From assembly GCA_963757515.1 (NCBI GenBank), contig CAVWRV010000005.1:39870-103869 (forward strand): a stretch of DNA of 64,000 nt, written 5' to 3'. Positions within the stretch are counted from its first letter, which is position 1. The number at the start of each line of letters is the position of its first letter. The notes beneath the pieces were generated by a model that was not told where the DNA came from, searched no databases, and was given only the letters and a program-made list of their open reading frames with translations. Shown here piece by piece: positions 1 through 9,564 of the stretch. The position numbers and the translations under genes were made by a program. Source of the stretch: an uncultured Acidobacteriaceae bacterium. GTDB lineage: Bacteria > Acidobacteriota > Terriglobia > Terriglobales > Acidobacteriaceae.

Positions 1-163
1 TCACCTTCAAAAATAGGGCTGGGACTGGCCTCTAAGCCCTTGGCGGGAGCCCAGGCGGGGGACCGCGGAATCGTCAACTGGATCTCAGGCCAGGTCACAA
101 GGCAAGCCGTCTTGAGGGCACGACTTCGCAAGTTACCGAAAATCCGACTTTGCTGGCGCTTCG

Positions 164-1024
164 TCAGAAGCCGTGGGATGTGAGAAAGTTGATGACGATC
201 GAAGCGAAAAGATCGGGCTTTTCAAGGTACAAGAGATGTCCTGTACTGGGCACGACAACCCGAGCAGCTCCGGGGATCAACATGACCAGAGCCCCTGAAA
301 CCGCCTGATTATCAGCAATGTCTGCTGAACCCGTGAGAATCAGCGTGGGGACTCGTATATCGCGCACATATGGAAAGACAGGCTTTTCCGGGAGAGGCAT
401 ATCGTCGTGGTTGTGGTCTTGTGGAAAAGCGTTGAGCAGCTTCCGGAGGTGCTCGCGGGCAGCGTCATTTCCAGGTGCGATGAAGTAGACATTTTTGGCC
501 CTCACTTCCACAGGATCCTTAGCTTCTTGAAACTCCATTTGCGCCATGACGAAATGCTCGGAGTAAGGGAAACCGTCTGCCTCCGGGCCAACAAGTACAA
601 GATCGCCAATTTGTTCTGGGTATCGAAGGGCAACACGTAAGGCGATATTCCCGCCGTGAGAACTTCCGACCAGTGCAGCCTGCGCTATCTTGCGATCTCG
701 GATAATCGCTGCAACATCGTCAGCTTCGTAGTACGGCTTCTTAGTAGCTAGGGAGTGGCCGTACCCACGGCGATCGTACCGTATCACGTGGAATTGTTTG
801 CAGAGGGAGGGCCATACATCATCCCACACGGCTGAATTTACCACCCCATCATGAAGGAGAATCACAGCCTTCGAACCTTTACCGCATTCTTCGTAGTACA
901 AGCGAGATCCTTCTACTTCGACAAATGAACCAGGTGGATTCGCGGACACAGTTGATTGCGCGTAAAGAACTCCGACTCCGATCAGAGTGGAGAACACTAC
1001 AAGCGGCAAGCCGAGAATTTTCAT
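164..1024 (-). CDS. secreted alpha/beta-fold hydrolase
   Basis: 286-aa ORF with N-terminal signal peptide (MKILGLPLVVFSTLIGVGVLYAQ). G-x-S-x-G nucleophile elbow (GSSHGG). Overall layout matches alpha/beta hydrolases. Confidence 0.85.
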   Translation of the reverse strand: MKILGLPLVVFSTLIGVGVLYAQSTVSANPPGSFVEVEGSRLYYEECGKGSKAVILLHDGVVNSAVWDDVWPSLCKQFHVIRYDRRGYGHSLATKKPYYEADDVAAIIRDRKIAQAALVGSSHGGNIALRVALRYPEQIGDLVLVGPEADGFPYSEHFVMAQMEFQEAKDPVEVRAKNVYFIAPGNDAAREHLRKLLNAFPQDHNHDDMPLPEKPVFPYVRDIRVPTLILTGSADIADNQAVSGALVMLIPGAARVVVPSTGHLLYLEKPDLFASIVINFLTSHGF

Positions 1025-1192
1025 AAAGACAGAGTATTCCCAAAATCAATGGCTGCCCGTGAAACGGAATTTTGAGTAACTTCGAACTCTTCCCGGCCGG
1101 AACCACGGGCAATTTACCGATAACGTGACTTTTCTGGCAGCTTCGCGAGTACCGTTTAATCTCAGACCCCAAGTTTTCACTTCGTCTCCTGT

Positions 1193-3856
1193 TCAAGGTC
1201 GATTTGAATGTTCGCCGTGCATGACCATCATAGGGTCCAAGCGTGAGCTTCGATACGCAGGAATTGAGCTGGTAAGTAGTACCATTACGGCGGATATGAG
1301 TGGCCCAGTCAACCATACCCACAGCGGTCGAGCGCCGGTCACTCCGGTGTCTCCTTCCAGACTGTTCAAGAGCCCGAAAGCTATTGACGTACCTGCGAGG
1401 CTGCCCACGAAGGTAAGTCGTAAGCCTGTAGCTAGGACGTTAAGAAAAATCTTCAGGCGCGGGGCACCCAGAGCGATGAGAAGGCCCAGTTCGCGCCTAC
1501 GTTGATACTCAGCAAGATTCTGACTGCTGAATAGACCAAGAATGGTGAGTACGGTGCCGACGAAGGCCAGTGCACTGGCGATCAACTGCACGATTCGCAA
1601 AAGTGCAAGGGCAGACCGAGTGAGTTGGGCACCGAGGGTATCTACAGTCGGCGGGGCTAAATCGCGGCGTGGCACGGCCTCGACTCTATGTCGCAATTCA
1701 GCCAGCATTCGGCCATTCCAATTCGGGGCATTCATGATCAATGTCATGCGCGGGCAGCAATCTTGCTTCATCGGAAAGTACACGGTAGGTTGTGTGGGCC
1801 GCCGGAACGTCCCCAACTCCGGAGATCCAACCACGCCGATGATTTCAGTTCGCACACCACGATCGTCGATGATTTCAGTTCCTAGCGGTTTCTCCCCGAA
1901 GTAAAGGTCAGCGGCTTCTTGGTTAATCACGCCTACCCGATACTGATCGGGCGTCTCAGGAAACCTACGTCCAGCAATCAGAGACAGGTCAAAAGCCGAG
2001 AAATAGTTCGACGAGACGATGTTAACGTCTAGCGGTATACGTAGCATGGGCGAGGCGACAGGCGCACGAAAATGTGCATTCTCGATGCGCGCGGTCGCAT
2101 CGGGGCGACCTACGTTATCGTAGTAGATTGTGGGACGTTGACTCTTCGATGCCACCGTCGCCTTTCTCCTGACTACCCCTATGATCTCGACTGGTGTGCC
2201 AACTGGATCTTGAATGACCCTACCGACTGTGTCCTGACCGAAAAGCTCTGCGGCCGCCTCCTCATTCACGACTCCAACATGGGCCATCTGATCTCCGAAG
2301 GAGAAGAGCCGTCCCGCAACTGGATTGTTGTCCAAGACGTTGAGAGCGTCGGGCGTAAGCCACTCAATATCAATCTTTATTTTGCGGAGTTGTGTCGCAG
2401 GCGGCTGGAGTTTGAAGAATCGCCAACCTGGTTGATTGCCAGGGAGTCGAGCGGCCCACGCAAGTGGAAGGAGACCATCCACCGACTTGACCTGTTGCTC
2501 TACTTCCTTGAAATCTGCCGGTCGAGTCAGTGCCTCTTCAGTTAAGAGAATTAAGCCTCCTCGTCCATCCCGAGCACCGGATTGGAGGGCCGATCGTAGG
2601 CTTTGCTGAAGGAAAGCCACAGAGATGAAAACCAGACAGCACAGCGTAATTTGCCCAATGATTATTCCCGCCCAAAGCTTCCTGTATGCTCTTGATGGCG
2701 TCCCCGTTTCGGATCGAAGAATCTCCCATGGGCGATCCGTTACCGTCACGGCGAGCGGCATCATTCCAAAGAGGACGGTGGTAGCTACACATAGCAACGA
2801 GCCCGTGAAAATAGTTGCCAAGTGTGGCGCAAACACAAAGCGTTCTGCGTCCTCCCGAAATAGAAAGATTGGGACAATATGTGCTGTCCACGCGGCCAGA
2901 AGTGTCCCGAAGGCTCCGCCAGCAAAAGAAATGACGACGCTATCTGACAAAAGCTCGCCTGCCAACTCTCTGCGGGAAGCGCCGAGCGCGACGCGAAGAG
3001 ATGTTTCATGGGAACGTCGCGAAGCTCTCGCCGTCAGCAAGGAACCGATGTTGATGCAAGCGATCACAAACACAGCGGCGGCGGCAAAAGTGACTAGGAC
3101 CCTTACACGCGACAATACGTAGGCTGTCCTGGGAGTCATATCACGGAAGGCTACTATGACTATTCCACCGGTTTTACCGAGACTCTTCTGGGCGGCGGCC
3201 TGCGCCTGACTGATTGAGACATTCGCTTGAAGACGCGCAACGACCCACAAATTCCTGTGCTGTGGCTCGGGACCCTGCGGCGATCGATCTGGCGAGCGTA
3301 TCCAAACATCGACAGGGCGATCGCGATAAAGACCTTCCAGACCACTTGGCGCAATCCCGACTATCGAATAAGTCACGTTATCGACACGAACGTGATCACG
3401 ATGGCTGACTAGCCTTCCACCAAACTCACGTTGCCACATGCGATCACTGATTACTGCCCCATTTCCTATCCGCAGGTTAAGTGCTTCTGCAAGGCTCGGG
3501 GCAACGCTGGCAGTGGTTACCACCTCAGTGTGATCGACGATTAAAGCTTCGCTTGGGGTAATGCGAGCAGCGTCAACCCAAGCGAAAGTATCGTGAAGTT
3601 TGCGTAGCCGTTCATAATCGCTCTGAGAAAATGGCCCTGCCTCGTGTAGAGCGTTCTGGCTGTATATGGAAACGATTCTGTCATCCAGGCCTAACGCAGA
3701 AGTGGGGTGAGTCAGTCCTTCGACGAACCCGTAAACAGCAGCATTACTTCCTACTCCAAACGCAATCGTGAGTATGAGAGCCAGCGACAGCCCCGGAGTT
3801 CGAGCGAACGTTTTCGCGGACCGGAGAAGCTTTAGAGCGGCTCGGGAAAAGGCCAT
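1193..3856 (-). CDS. ABC-transporter permease, MacB/FtsX-like duplicated permease (ADOP family)
   Basis: 887-aa intact ORF. N-terminal TM helix after a basic stretch, then two large periplasmic domains each followed by an FtsX-type 4-TM bundle. Typical of Acidobacterial duplicated orphan permeases. Confidence 0.85.
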   Translation of the reverse strand: MAFSRAALKLLRSAKTFARTPGLSLALILTIAFGVGSNAAVYGFVEGLTHPTSALGLDDRIVSIYSQNALHEAGPFSQSDYERLRKLHDTFAWVDAARITPSEALIVDHTEVVTTASVAPSLAEALNLRIGNGAVISDRMWQREFGGRLVSHRDHVRVDNVTYSIVGIAPSGLEGLYRDRPVDVWIRSPDRSPQGPEPQHRNLWVVARLQANVSISQAQAAAQKSLGKTGGIVIVAFRDMTPRTAYVLSRVRVLVTFAAAAVFVIACINIGSLLTARASRRSHETSLRVALGASRRELAGELLSDSVVISFAGGAFGTLLAAWTAHIVPIFLFREDAERFVFAPHLATIFTGSLLCVATTVLFGMMPLAVTVTDRPWEILRSETGTPSRAYRKLWAGIIIGQITLCCLVFISVAFLQQSLRSALQSGARDGRGGLILLTEEALTRPADFKEVEQQVKSVDGLLPLAWAARLPGNQPGWRFFKLQPPATQLRKIKIDIEWLTPDALNVLDNNPVAGRLFSFGDQMAHVGVVNEEAAAELFGQDTVGRVIQDPVGTPVEIIGVVRRKATVASKSQRPTIYYDNVGRPDATARIENAHFRAPVASPMLRIPLDVNIVSSNYFSAFDLSLIAGRRFPETPDQYRVGVINQEAADLYFGEKPLGTEIIDDRGVRTEIIGVVGSPELGTFRRPTQPTVYFPMKQDCCPRMTLIMNAPNWNGRMLAELRHRVEAVPRRDLAPPTVDTLGAQLTRSALALLRIVQLIASALAFVGTVLTILGLFSSQNLAEYQRRRELGLLIALGAPRLKIFLNVLATGLRLTFVGSLAGTSIAFGLLNSLEGDTGVTGARPLWVWLTGPLISAVMVLLTSSIPAYRSSRLDPMMVMHGEHSNRP

Positions 3857-4730
3857 TCACTCTAACTAGCACGTAGGGGACCACAAATTGGCCACCCAGT
3901 CCACTGAGCTAGAGCGGCGCGGAACACGACAAGCCGTCCAGTTTCGAGGGGCAGTGACCATATTTGGACAACTCGGTAAACTGTCGGAGCAACCAGCCAC
4001 CATTGCTTATTGGTTGTTCCTTGAAAACGTTGGGACACCTTCAGACCGGCGTTTGCTGAAGGAACCTCTGAAACGGGGTTTCAGGTGAATTGCCTGGCCC
4101 AGTGCTCCGGCTGGAGGGGAACTTACCGGAAACGAAACTTTTCAGGCAGCTCGCCAAACCTCATCCTTCGGAAGGTAGAATTAGCATCCCCGGGGGAGTG
4201 TGGTGTGAAGCATATAGTCTTTGGCGGAATTGCAGGATACGCAGGATTGATGGTCTCTTTGGTACTAGTCGTTTTTTTTGCGAGCCGAAATGCAGGGCGG
4301 ATCGGGTGGCGGCACCAATCTTCAGGCGACATTGAAAGCGGAACGCGGCTACTACGGAGACTTTCGGCTAGAATTGATAACTTTTCATTTGACGAACCAC
4401 TCGAACCGCGTTCTGAGCACGGCGGAGAGTTCATGGCAGTTGGTGATCGATGGAGAGCCATTACGTGACCGCGGTGGCCAACTTTGGACGGGCCCTCGAC
4501 CGGCAGAGGGCTATGGTTCATTGCCTCCGGGTAGAGATTTTCAATTCGGTAAAGCGCTCCCGTTGAAGGAATACTTTCCCGAACATCGCCAATACGAAGT
4601 TTTCAGGAGAGCGGCTGGCTTTAAGAGCAACACTGTAGTTGTTAATGGGGGCACAGCACCTTAGTTGTTATGGCTGGTTTGTAAAACGGGGTTTTCGGTA
4701 CTTGCCCACCCCGACCGATCGCCTGGGAGT

Positions 4731-5867
4731 TTACCGATACCCGAGCAACCCCTTCTCCAAAGCTGCAGCTTCCGCGTCGGTATCAGTAAACGGGAGCTGT
4801 AGTGCCAGCTTCATCCGCTTCATCACCTTGTCGTCGACCTTCTCAATCTTGTACTCCGCAATGATTGCGGTAAGGATCATCATGTAGAACTCTCCGGCGA
4901 GCTGGAAGTGGCTACCAGCGAGAAGCTCGAACGATGATGCCTTCAAGGTGAAGCCGCTTACACCGGCTGAATGCGAATACCAACTCAGTTGCGGGTAACG
5001 CACCTCATAGATTTCTTCATACGGCATCTTCAACAGAGCGGCCCGCTGTTTCAGGTTCAACCCAGACCAGTGCTCTACCTTCTTCACACCTGGCCAGAGC
5101 TTCGCCTGCTCAGCCGCTACACGGCTTTCGTTGTTCTTGATGAAGTCCTGATGCACGGTCACGTCCGTTTTCGACGTGGGGTTGGCGGCCTTGTACGCCA
5201 CAATCTTCCGCGCTGCACGAATCTTCTCCACGTCAGTGAATGCGCCCACTTTTTCGATGGCATCAGAAACTACGTCTATGAGCTTCATGTCGATAGCCAG
5301 CTCAAACAATGAGCGCGTCACCATAGCGATTGCTTGAAAGTCGCGTACTGTGCGGAGGTTCAACAGGCTTTCCACGTTCATCCTGACTCGCTGATAGATC
5401 GTGGAGACGAGGGTGTCGCGGTTCGTCTTCAACACGATGGTGGACACGACCGGCCCCACGCTCTCTTTATCGAAGACGTTGAGCCCTTTCAGAGAGGTGT
5501 AGTACCGCTCCGTTGCCGTCATCACATCCGGGCCGATCTTCAGTTGCAGCTTACGAAACACACGCATGGCGTCATGCGAGGTGAACTGTCCACGCGGCAT
5601 GCCGGTCACATGCGCGAACGCCTGTTTGATGGGGAACTGCACACCATCCACTTCGACATAAAGCTCACGAATGGATTCCGGCTCTACGTCCTGCAAGCGG
5701 GAGCGAACGTCAGCAGCACCCAGGGAGAACTCGTTTCCGGCTACTGTAAAGGTCATGTTTTTTTCCATCACTATCGCATCACCACCTAATAATATACCAT
5801 CTTTAAGAAAACCTACTATAAAACTGACTTTCGTTCTGTTTACGTCAATCGACTCAAAATGAACCAT
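4731..5867 (-). CDS. hypothetical protein (orphan, low-GC), no recognisable domain
   Basis: 378-aa uninterrupted ORF in a clearly lower-GC stretch (AT-rich 5' end at 5760-5867). Protein-like composition. No motif I can assign. One weak R-x5-H (RGQFTSH). Confidence 0.6.
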   Translation of the reverse strand: MVHFESIDVNRTKVSFIVGFLKDGILLGGDAIVMEKNMTFTVAGNEFSLGAADVRSRLQDVEPESIRELYVEVDGVQFPIKQAFAHVTGMPRGQFTSHDAMRVFRKLQLKIGPDVMTATERYYTSLKGLNVFDKESVGPVVSTIVLKTNRDTLVSTIYQRVRMNVESLLNLRTVRDFQAIAMVTRSLFELAIDMKLIDVVSDAIEKVGAFTDVEKIRAARKIVAYKAANPTSKTDVTVHQDFIKNNESRVAAEQAKLWPGVKKVEHWSGLNLKQRAALLKMPYEEIYEVRYPQLSWYSHSAGVSGFTLKASSFELLAGSHFQLAGEFYMMILTAIIAEYKIEKVDDKVMKRMKLALQLPFTDTDAEAAALEKGLLGYR

Positions 5868-6207
5868 TTATCGGCACGGCAAGCGTACGGGAGACAGTCG
5901 CTAAATCGTATTTTTAAGCCAACGTTTCCTTTTTATCCGTGCTCGCTCTCCTGCATGGGTTGGGAGCAGGCAATCACGGGTGCGGCGGAGGATTACCCCC
6001 TGGACTATTTATTGTGGAAACCTCGGCCCCAATCTTTCCGGTCAAAGCTAGTGACCAAACGACGGTGCCCTTTGAGTCCCTGCGCCGGTATATTCGACTC
6101 ATCCGCGAAGAAGAGGAAATTAAACAAGCACCCAGGAGACTTGGCAGGATCTGGACCGAACCCATATCAGGGGAATACCCAAACGTCAGGGAATCTCGGC
6201 TCTGAAG

Positions 6208-6663
6208 ATGGTTGCCTCTAGGAGAGAGATGGACAGGGAAGAAGTAGCCGAAATCTACGAATCATACTTTCAATTGCAGGACCTACGTAGCTTCGAGGAG
6301 AGGCTATCGCTCCCTTTCGTGCTGGGCAGCGTGGCTCTCGATCCCGCTAACGCCTCGAAACTTGCTGCCGAATTGAATCGTCGCGGCTTGGACGCCGGCT
6401 TGGACGGCCCCTTGTTGCAGGAACGGGTCGCAAAACGGGTAAGCAACCTCCAAAAACTTAAAACAGTTGATGCTCCCGCTCCGAAAACGACGGCAAAGGC
6501 AAGGAACAGGCAAACCGGGCGCGCACAGAATCCATTCCACGATTTCGTTACCAATGAGATTCGGAACTTGGGCGACAAGATAAAGATCGTTCCTTCCAGC
6601 ATCGAAAAGTCACGGTGTGCCTTGAAAGCACTACTCACAACCCGCGGAAATGCGGCGACATGA
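6208..6663 (+). CDS. hypothetical small protein (possibly 3' part of a frameshifted gene with ORF 5939..6205)
   Basis: 151-aa ORF with charged, helical-looking sequence. Its start lies 2 nt after the TGA of the protein-like ORF 5939..6205, which is in another frame. Confidence 0.3.
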   Translation: MVASRREMDREEVAEIYESYFQLQDLRSFEERLSLPFVLGSVALDPANASKLAAELNRRGLDAGLDGPLLQERVAKRVSNLQKLKTVDAPAPKTTAKARNRQTGRAQNPFHDFVTNEIRNLGDKIKIVPSSIEKSRCALKALLTTRGNAAT

Positions 6664-7408
6664 TACCTTTTTCCTACATCTTCTGCGTGCGCACTCCTGG
6701 GCCAAATTCGAAACTGAGCCGCATGTACGAGGCCCGCAACACACGTCTAAGCGTGTACGCCAAGCAACGTATCCCTGCCGCCCTGATGACAAGCAACAGA
6801 GCACTACCCTGGTTACCAAAGAAATCTTCTAACCCTCTCGACGAAGCCCAAAAACCGTACTACTGTGAGAGTAGCCACCCCCATCAGCGCCGTCTTACTT
6901 GACGGTCCTGCCTGGCTTTGCACCGGCCCACTCTGCCCCTGCATCCGCCGCCAACAGCCGGGAAAGCATCAGCGCCTGCCGGCATGATGACGGGTGTAGC
7001 AAACGCGAATGTGACATCGAAAGCGACGGATTCACGCCTGTCGGCAGCGTTTCTGTGTCCCGTGGGGGGAGTCTGCGGAGAGCACAAATCACCGTGCCGC
7101 AACCAGGGTACGCTCAGTGCGTCCTCTTGATTAAGCAGTTTTGACAACCTGGAAACCACCATCGGAGGCCGGTGCGGCGCCGGACTACACGGGCGCACAG
7201 ACGAGCAGGCGGGACGTTTGCCAATACGCAGTGTGGGCAGAGAGATCGTCCCGCTTGCCACCGGACTGACTAGGGGAAAGTCGGACCAGCCGCCTGCGGC
7301 AAGGCAACGTTCTGCCGTCCAAGTTTTGGAGTCGAGCGTTCCCCGGTCGGCATATGATCGCCAAAACATCGGTACGGAGCGGCAAGCCCCCACCTCAGAA
7401 GGGGACTT

Positions 7409-7435
7409 ATAGCGCTTATAGCGCTTTTAGCGCAC
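7409..7435. repeat. tandem 9-mer array TATAGCGCT-TATAGCGCT-TTTAGCGCA followed by T-run
   Basis: Read directly: three 9-bp units containing palindromic AGCGCT. Followed by CTTTTCTTTTTT. Related array at 8742-8791. Confidence 0.8.
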
Positions 7436-7560
7436 TTTTCTTTTTTGCCGGGGCTAAAACGTTTGCGTGAGAACCCCGGTTCAGAATGGAGTCTCAGCGG
7501 GACAGGGCGTAGGGTATTACCACGTTCGTAAGAGGGCATCTGTTCCTTCATTTACGAAGG

Positions 7561-7674
7561 TGCTCAAATCAATTAGTTTGAGCATCTTGATCATCTTCGT
7601 TAAACAAAGGACTTAGCCGCCAACCTTGATCACCTTCAGGTAGCATTTGAGCACCTTCGTTGAACAAAGGACTT
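7561..7674. promoter_or_regulatory. palindrome plus three iteron-like direct repeats upstream of, and overlapping, ORF 7647
   Basis: TGCTCAAAtcaattagTTTGAGCA perfect 8-bp-stem palindrome at 7561-7584. CTTGATCAYCTTC-type repeats at 7586, 7625 and 7648. ~34-bp imperfect direct repeat (gagcatcttgatcatcttcgttaaacaaaggactt / tagcatttgagcaccttcgttgaacaaaggactt). Confidence 0.4.
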
Positions 7675-8744
7675 TCCAGCTCCGGGGACATGGGGACAAA
7701 CAGGGCGACCTGATACCTATTGCGGCATTTCCTCGCGGAGCCAACAAAATTAGGGAGCTAGCAAGGCACGGAGAAGCTCGGGGAACGTCTGAGGCAAGAC
7801 TGACTTTGGAGCTTGCTATCGAGCAGGGTCGGGGCGGATTCGCCATGATCTCCGAGTTCCGGGCAATGCTGGAGCGCTTCGATTCGGAACACGACCGCTC
7901 CCTTCTGGCGCGGATATTACTTCTTCGCTTGCACGTCGAAGTCGGAGACCGGCCAGATCGATATTGCAGGCTCTACAGCAAGATGATCAAAAACGCCCAA
8001 TTATGGGATGCGCATTCTGAGGACAACGTCACTCCCAACACTTTAAAGCGAACATTGTCTATCACTGTTAGTCGTCTAGCTGGCTCTCGGGAGCAACAAT
8101 TCAAATGTCCAGCTTCCGCGGAGTTTGTTTCCTGATTCGCCGCCGGCACCAATTATGGAGGACGACATCCGGTCGCCCGCGAACTCCGCCGCGCCCGCGA
8201 CTGGGCTACCGCGACTCCCGAAATCCTTTTTAGCCGTAATGCCGCTGCCCGCGAGCTCTGGCAGGACCGCTATCCCGCCTTGAGCCAGCTCCGGCCAGGC
8301 CTGCGGGGCGCCGCGACCAGCCGCGCCGAGGCCCATGTCCTGCGTCTCAGCGCCATCTACGCCGCCCTGGACTCCACCTCCGTCATCGGCCTGCCCCATC
8401 TCCAGGCTGCCCTTGCCGTATGGGATTACTGCTACGCCAGCGCCGCCCTCCTCTTCGGCATGTCTACCGGGGACCCGATCGCCGACCGTATCCGCGAAGC
8501 CATCGAGGCCTCCGGCGACGGACTGTCGAAGTATCAGATCAGGCGTCTCTTTCACGGCCACGTCGAGGGCAACCTTATCGACGCTGCCCTCGAAAAACTC
8601 GTGGCCCTGGGCGGCGCAATCCACGCTCGAAGTGAGCCCACCGCAGGTCGACCCTCTACCCGCTGGTCGGTCATCGCAGAGGACGAACACGAAGAAAATG
8701 AGGAATTGGTAGCGGAGGACGAGGCACCGGCAGAAGATCAGTAG
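7647..8744 (+). pseudogene. ORF interrupted by a single in-frame TGA (8133-8135); 5' part low-GC, 3' part high-GC with strong GC3 bias
   Basis: ORFs 7647..8135 and 8280..8744 are in the same frame. Reading continues through the TGA (…AEFVS*FAAGTNYGG…RELWQDRYPALSQLRPG…). Only a TTG start is available after the stop. The 3' part ends …EDEHEENEELVAEDEAPAEDQ. No family assignable. Confidence 0.35.
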
Positions 8745-8791
8745 GGCTTTTAGCGCTTATAGCGCTTATAGCGCTTTTAGCGCATTTTTTT
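8742..8791. repeat. tandem 9-mer array TAGGGCTTT-(TAGCGCTTA)x2-TAGCGCTTT-TAGCGCA followed by T7
   Basis: Read directly. The first TAG is the stop codon of ORF 8280..8744. Same unit as the array at 7409-7435. Confidence 0.8.
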
Positions 8792-8835
8792 AGACGCTCC
8801 GAGAAGCCGGAGCGTCTCCCTTTGCGGTATTTTGG
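8792..8835 (+). terminator. candidate intrinsic terminator
   Basis: Perfect 10-bp stem AGACGCTCCG-agaagc-CGGAGCGTCT (8792-8817) followed by ccctttgcggtatttt. Confidence 0.45.
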
Positions 8836-9267
8836 CGTTGCGATGAGCGCACGCGCTTCGCTAATCTTCACCCAGGTCGGAAAACAGCTTCGACAGGTTC
8901 ACCCAGATGGGCGTGCCGGAAACCTCCAGGGTTTCAGCGGCAATCCAGGCATCTCCAATACCCTCGCGTCCAGTTCGCGAAGCGGGGTCGACGATCCATG
9001 CGGCGCGGAAGCCCATCTGCAGATAGGGGATGTTCCGGGGCCAGCTCGGGCTGTTGGTAGGCTTGGCGGGCTTCAGCCTCCGGTGAGTCTCGCCCGCAGC
9101 CACATGCTATCTCCAGACCGTTGCCGAGTTGGGTCCCCCTCAACCGAAGCGTTATTTGGCTTCCGCCGATATGCCTGTAACGTCAGGAATAGGTGGCTGC
9201 CGAAAGAAGATTAGCCCAGGTTCGGTTGCAGTAGGCAGCGAGTCCACATAAAACGGAGGCACCGAGT

Positions 9268-9534
9268 ATGAACCCCGGCGCCGATGAGCTGAACCGATCG
9301 GTAAAGCGATTGGAGGAACTGTGGCTCGTGTCGAACAAATACGATGCCGCGGGCTGCTGCACGATATGTAATGGCGTGGTTCGTCACGAACCGTGGTGCG
9401 TCATGGTTAACAAGGAAATGGAGTATGTCTTCCTGCTCACCGTAAACCCCACGATCATCACCGAAGGTGACACGATCGAGCTACATTCTCTGGGCGTGCT
9501 ATGGCATTCCTGTGCCTCGAAACACCCTCATTGA
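9268..9534 (+). CDS. small hypothetical protein with Cys pairs (CCTIC…HEPWC)
   Basis: 88-aa ORF preceded by GGAGG 9 nt upstream of the ATG. Confidence 0.4.
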   Translation: MNPGADELNRSVKRLEELWLVSNKYDAAGCCTICNGVVRHEPWCVMVNKEMEYVFLLTVNPTIITEGDTIELHSLGVLWHSCASKHPH

Positions 9535-9564
9535 TGCGGCCAAGACTCTTCACTTCAGAACATT

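Noticed and set aside
6884-7393. 169-aa minus-strand ORF in the GC-rich stretch before the first TAGCGCTTW array
   Set aside because: Overlapped by several equally long ORFs in other frames. Arg/Pro/Cys-rich. No start context. Treated as non-coding.
8076-8690. 204-aa minus-strand ORF antisense to 8280..8744
   Set aside because: Plus-strand frame shows strong GC3 codon bias and protein-like sequence. The minus ORF is a Gly/Ala/Arg-rich shadow.
7409-8791. Considered whether the TAGCGCTTW arrays are a CRISPR array
   Set aside because: Units are 9 bp and contiguous with no spacers. Only 3-5 units. No cas genes. Not CRISPR.
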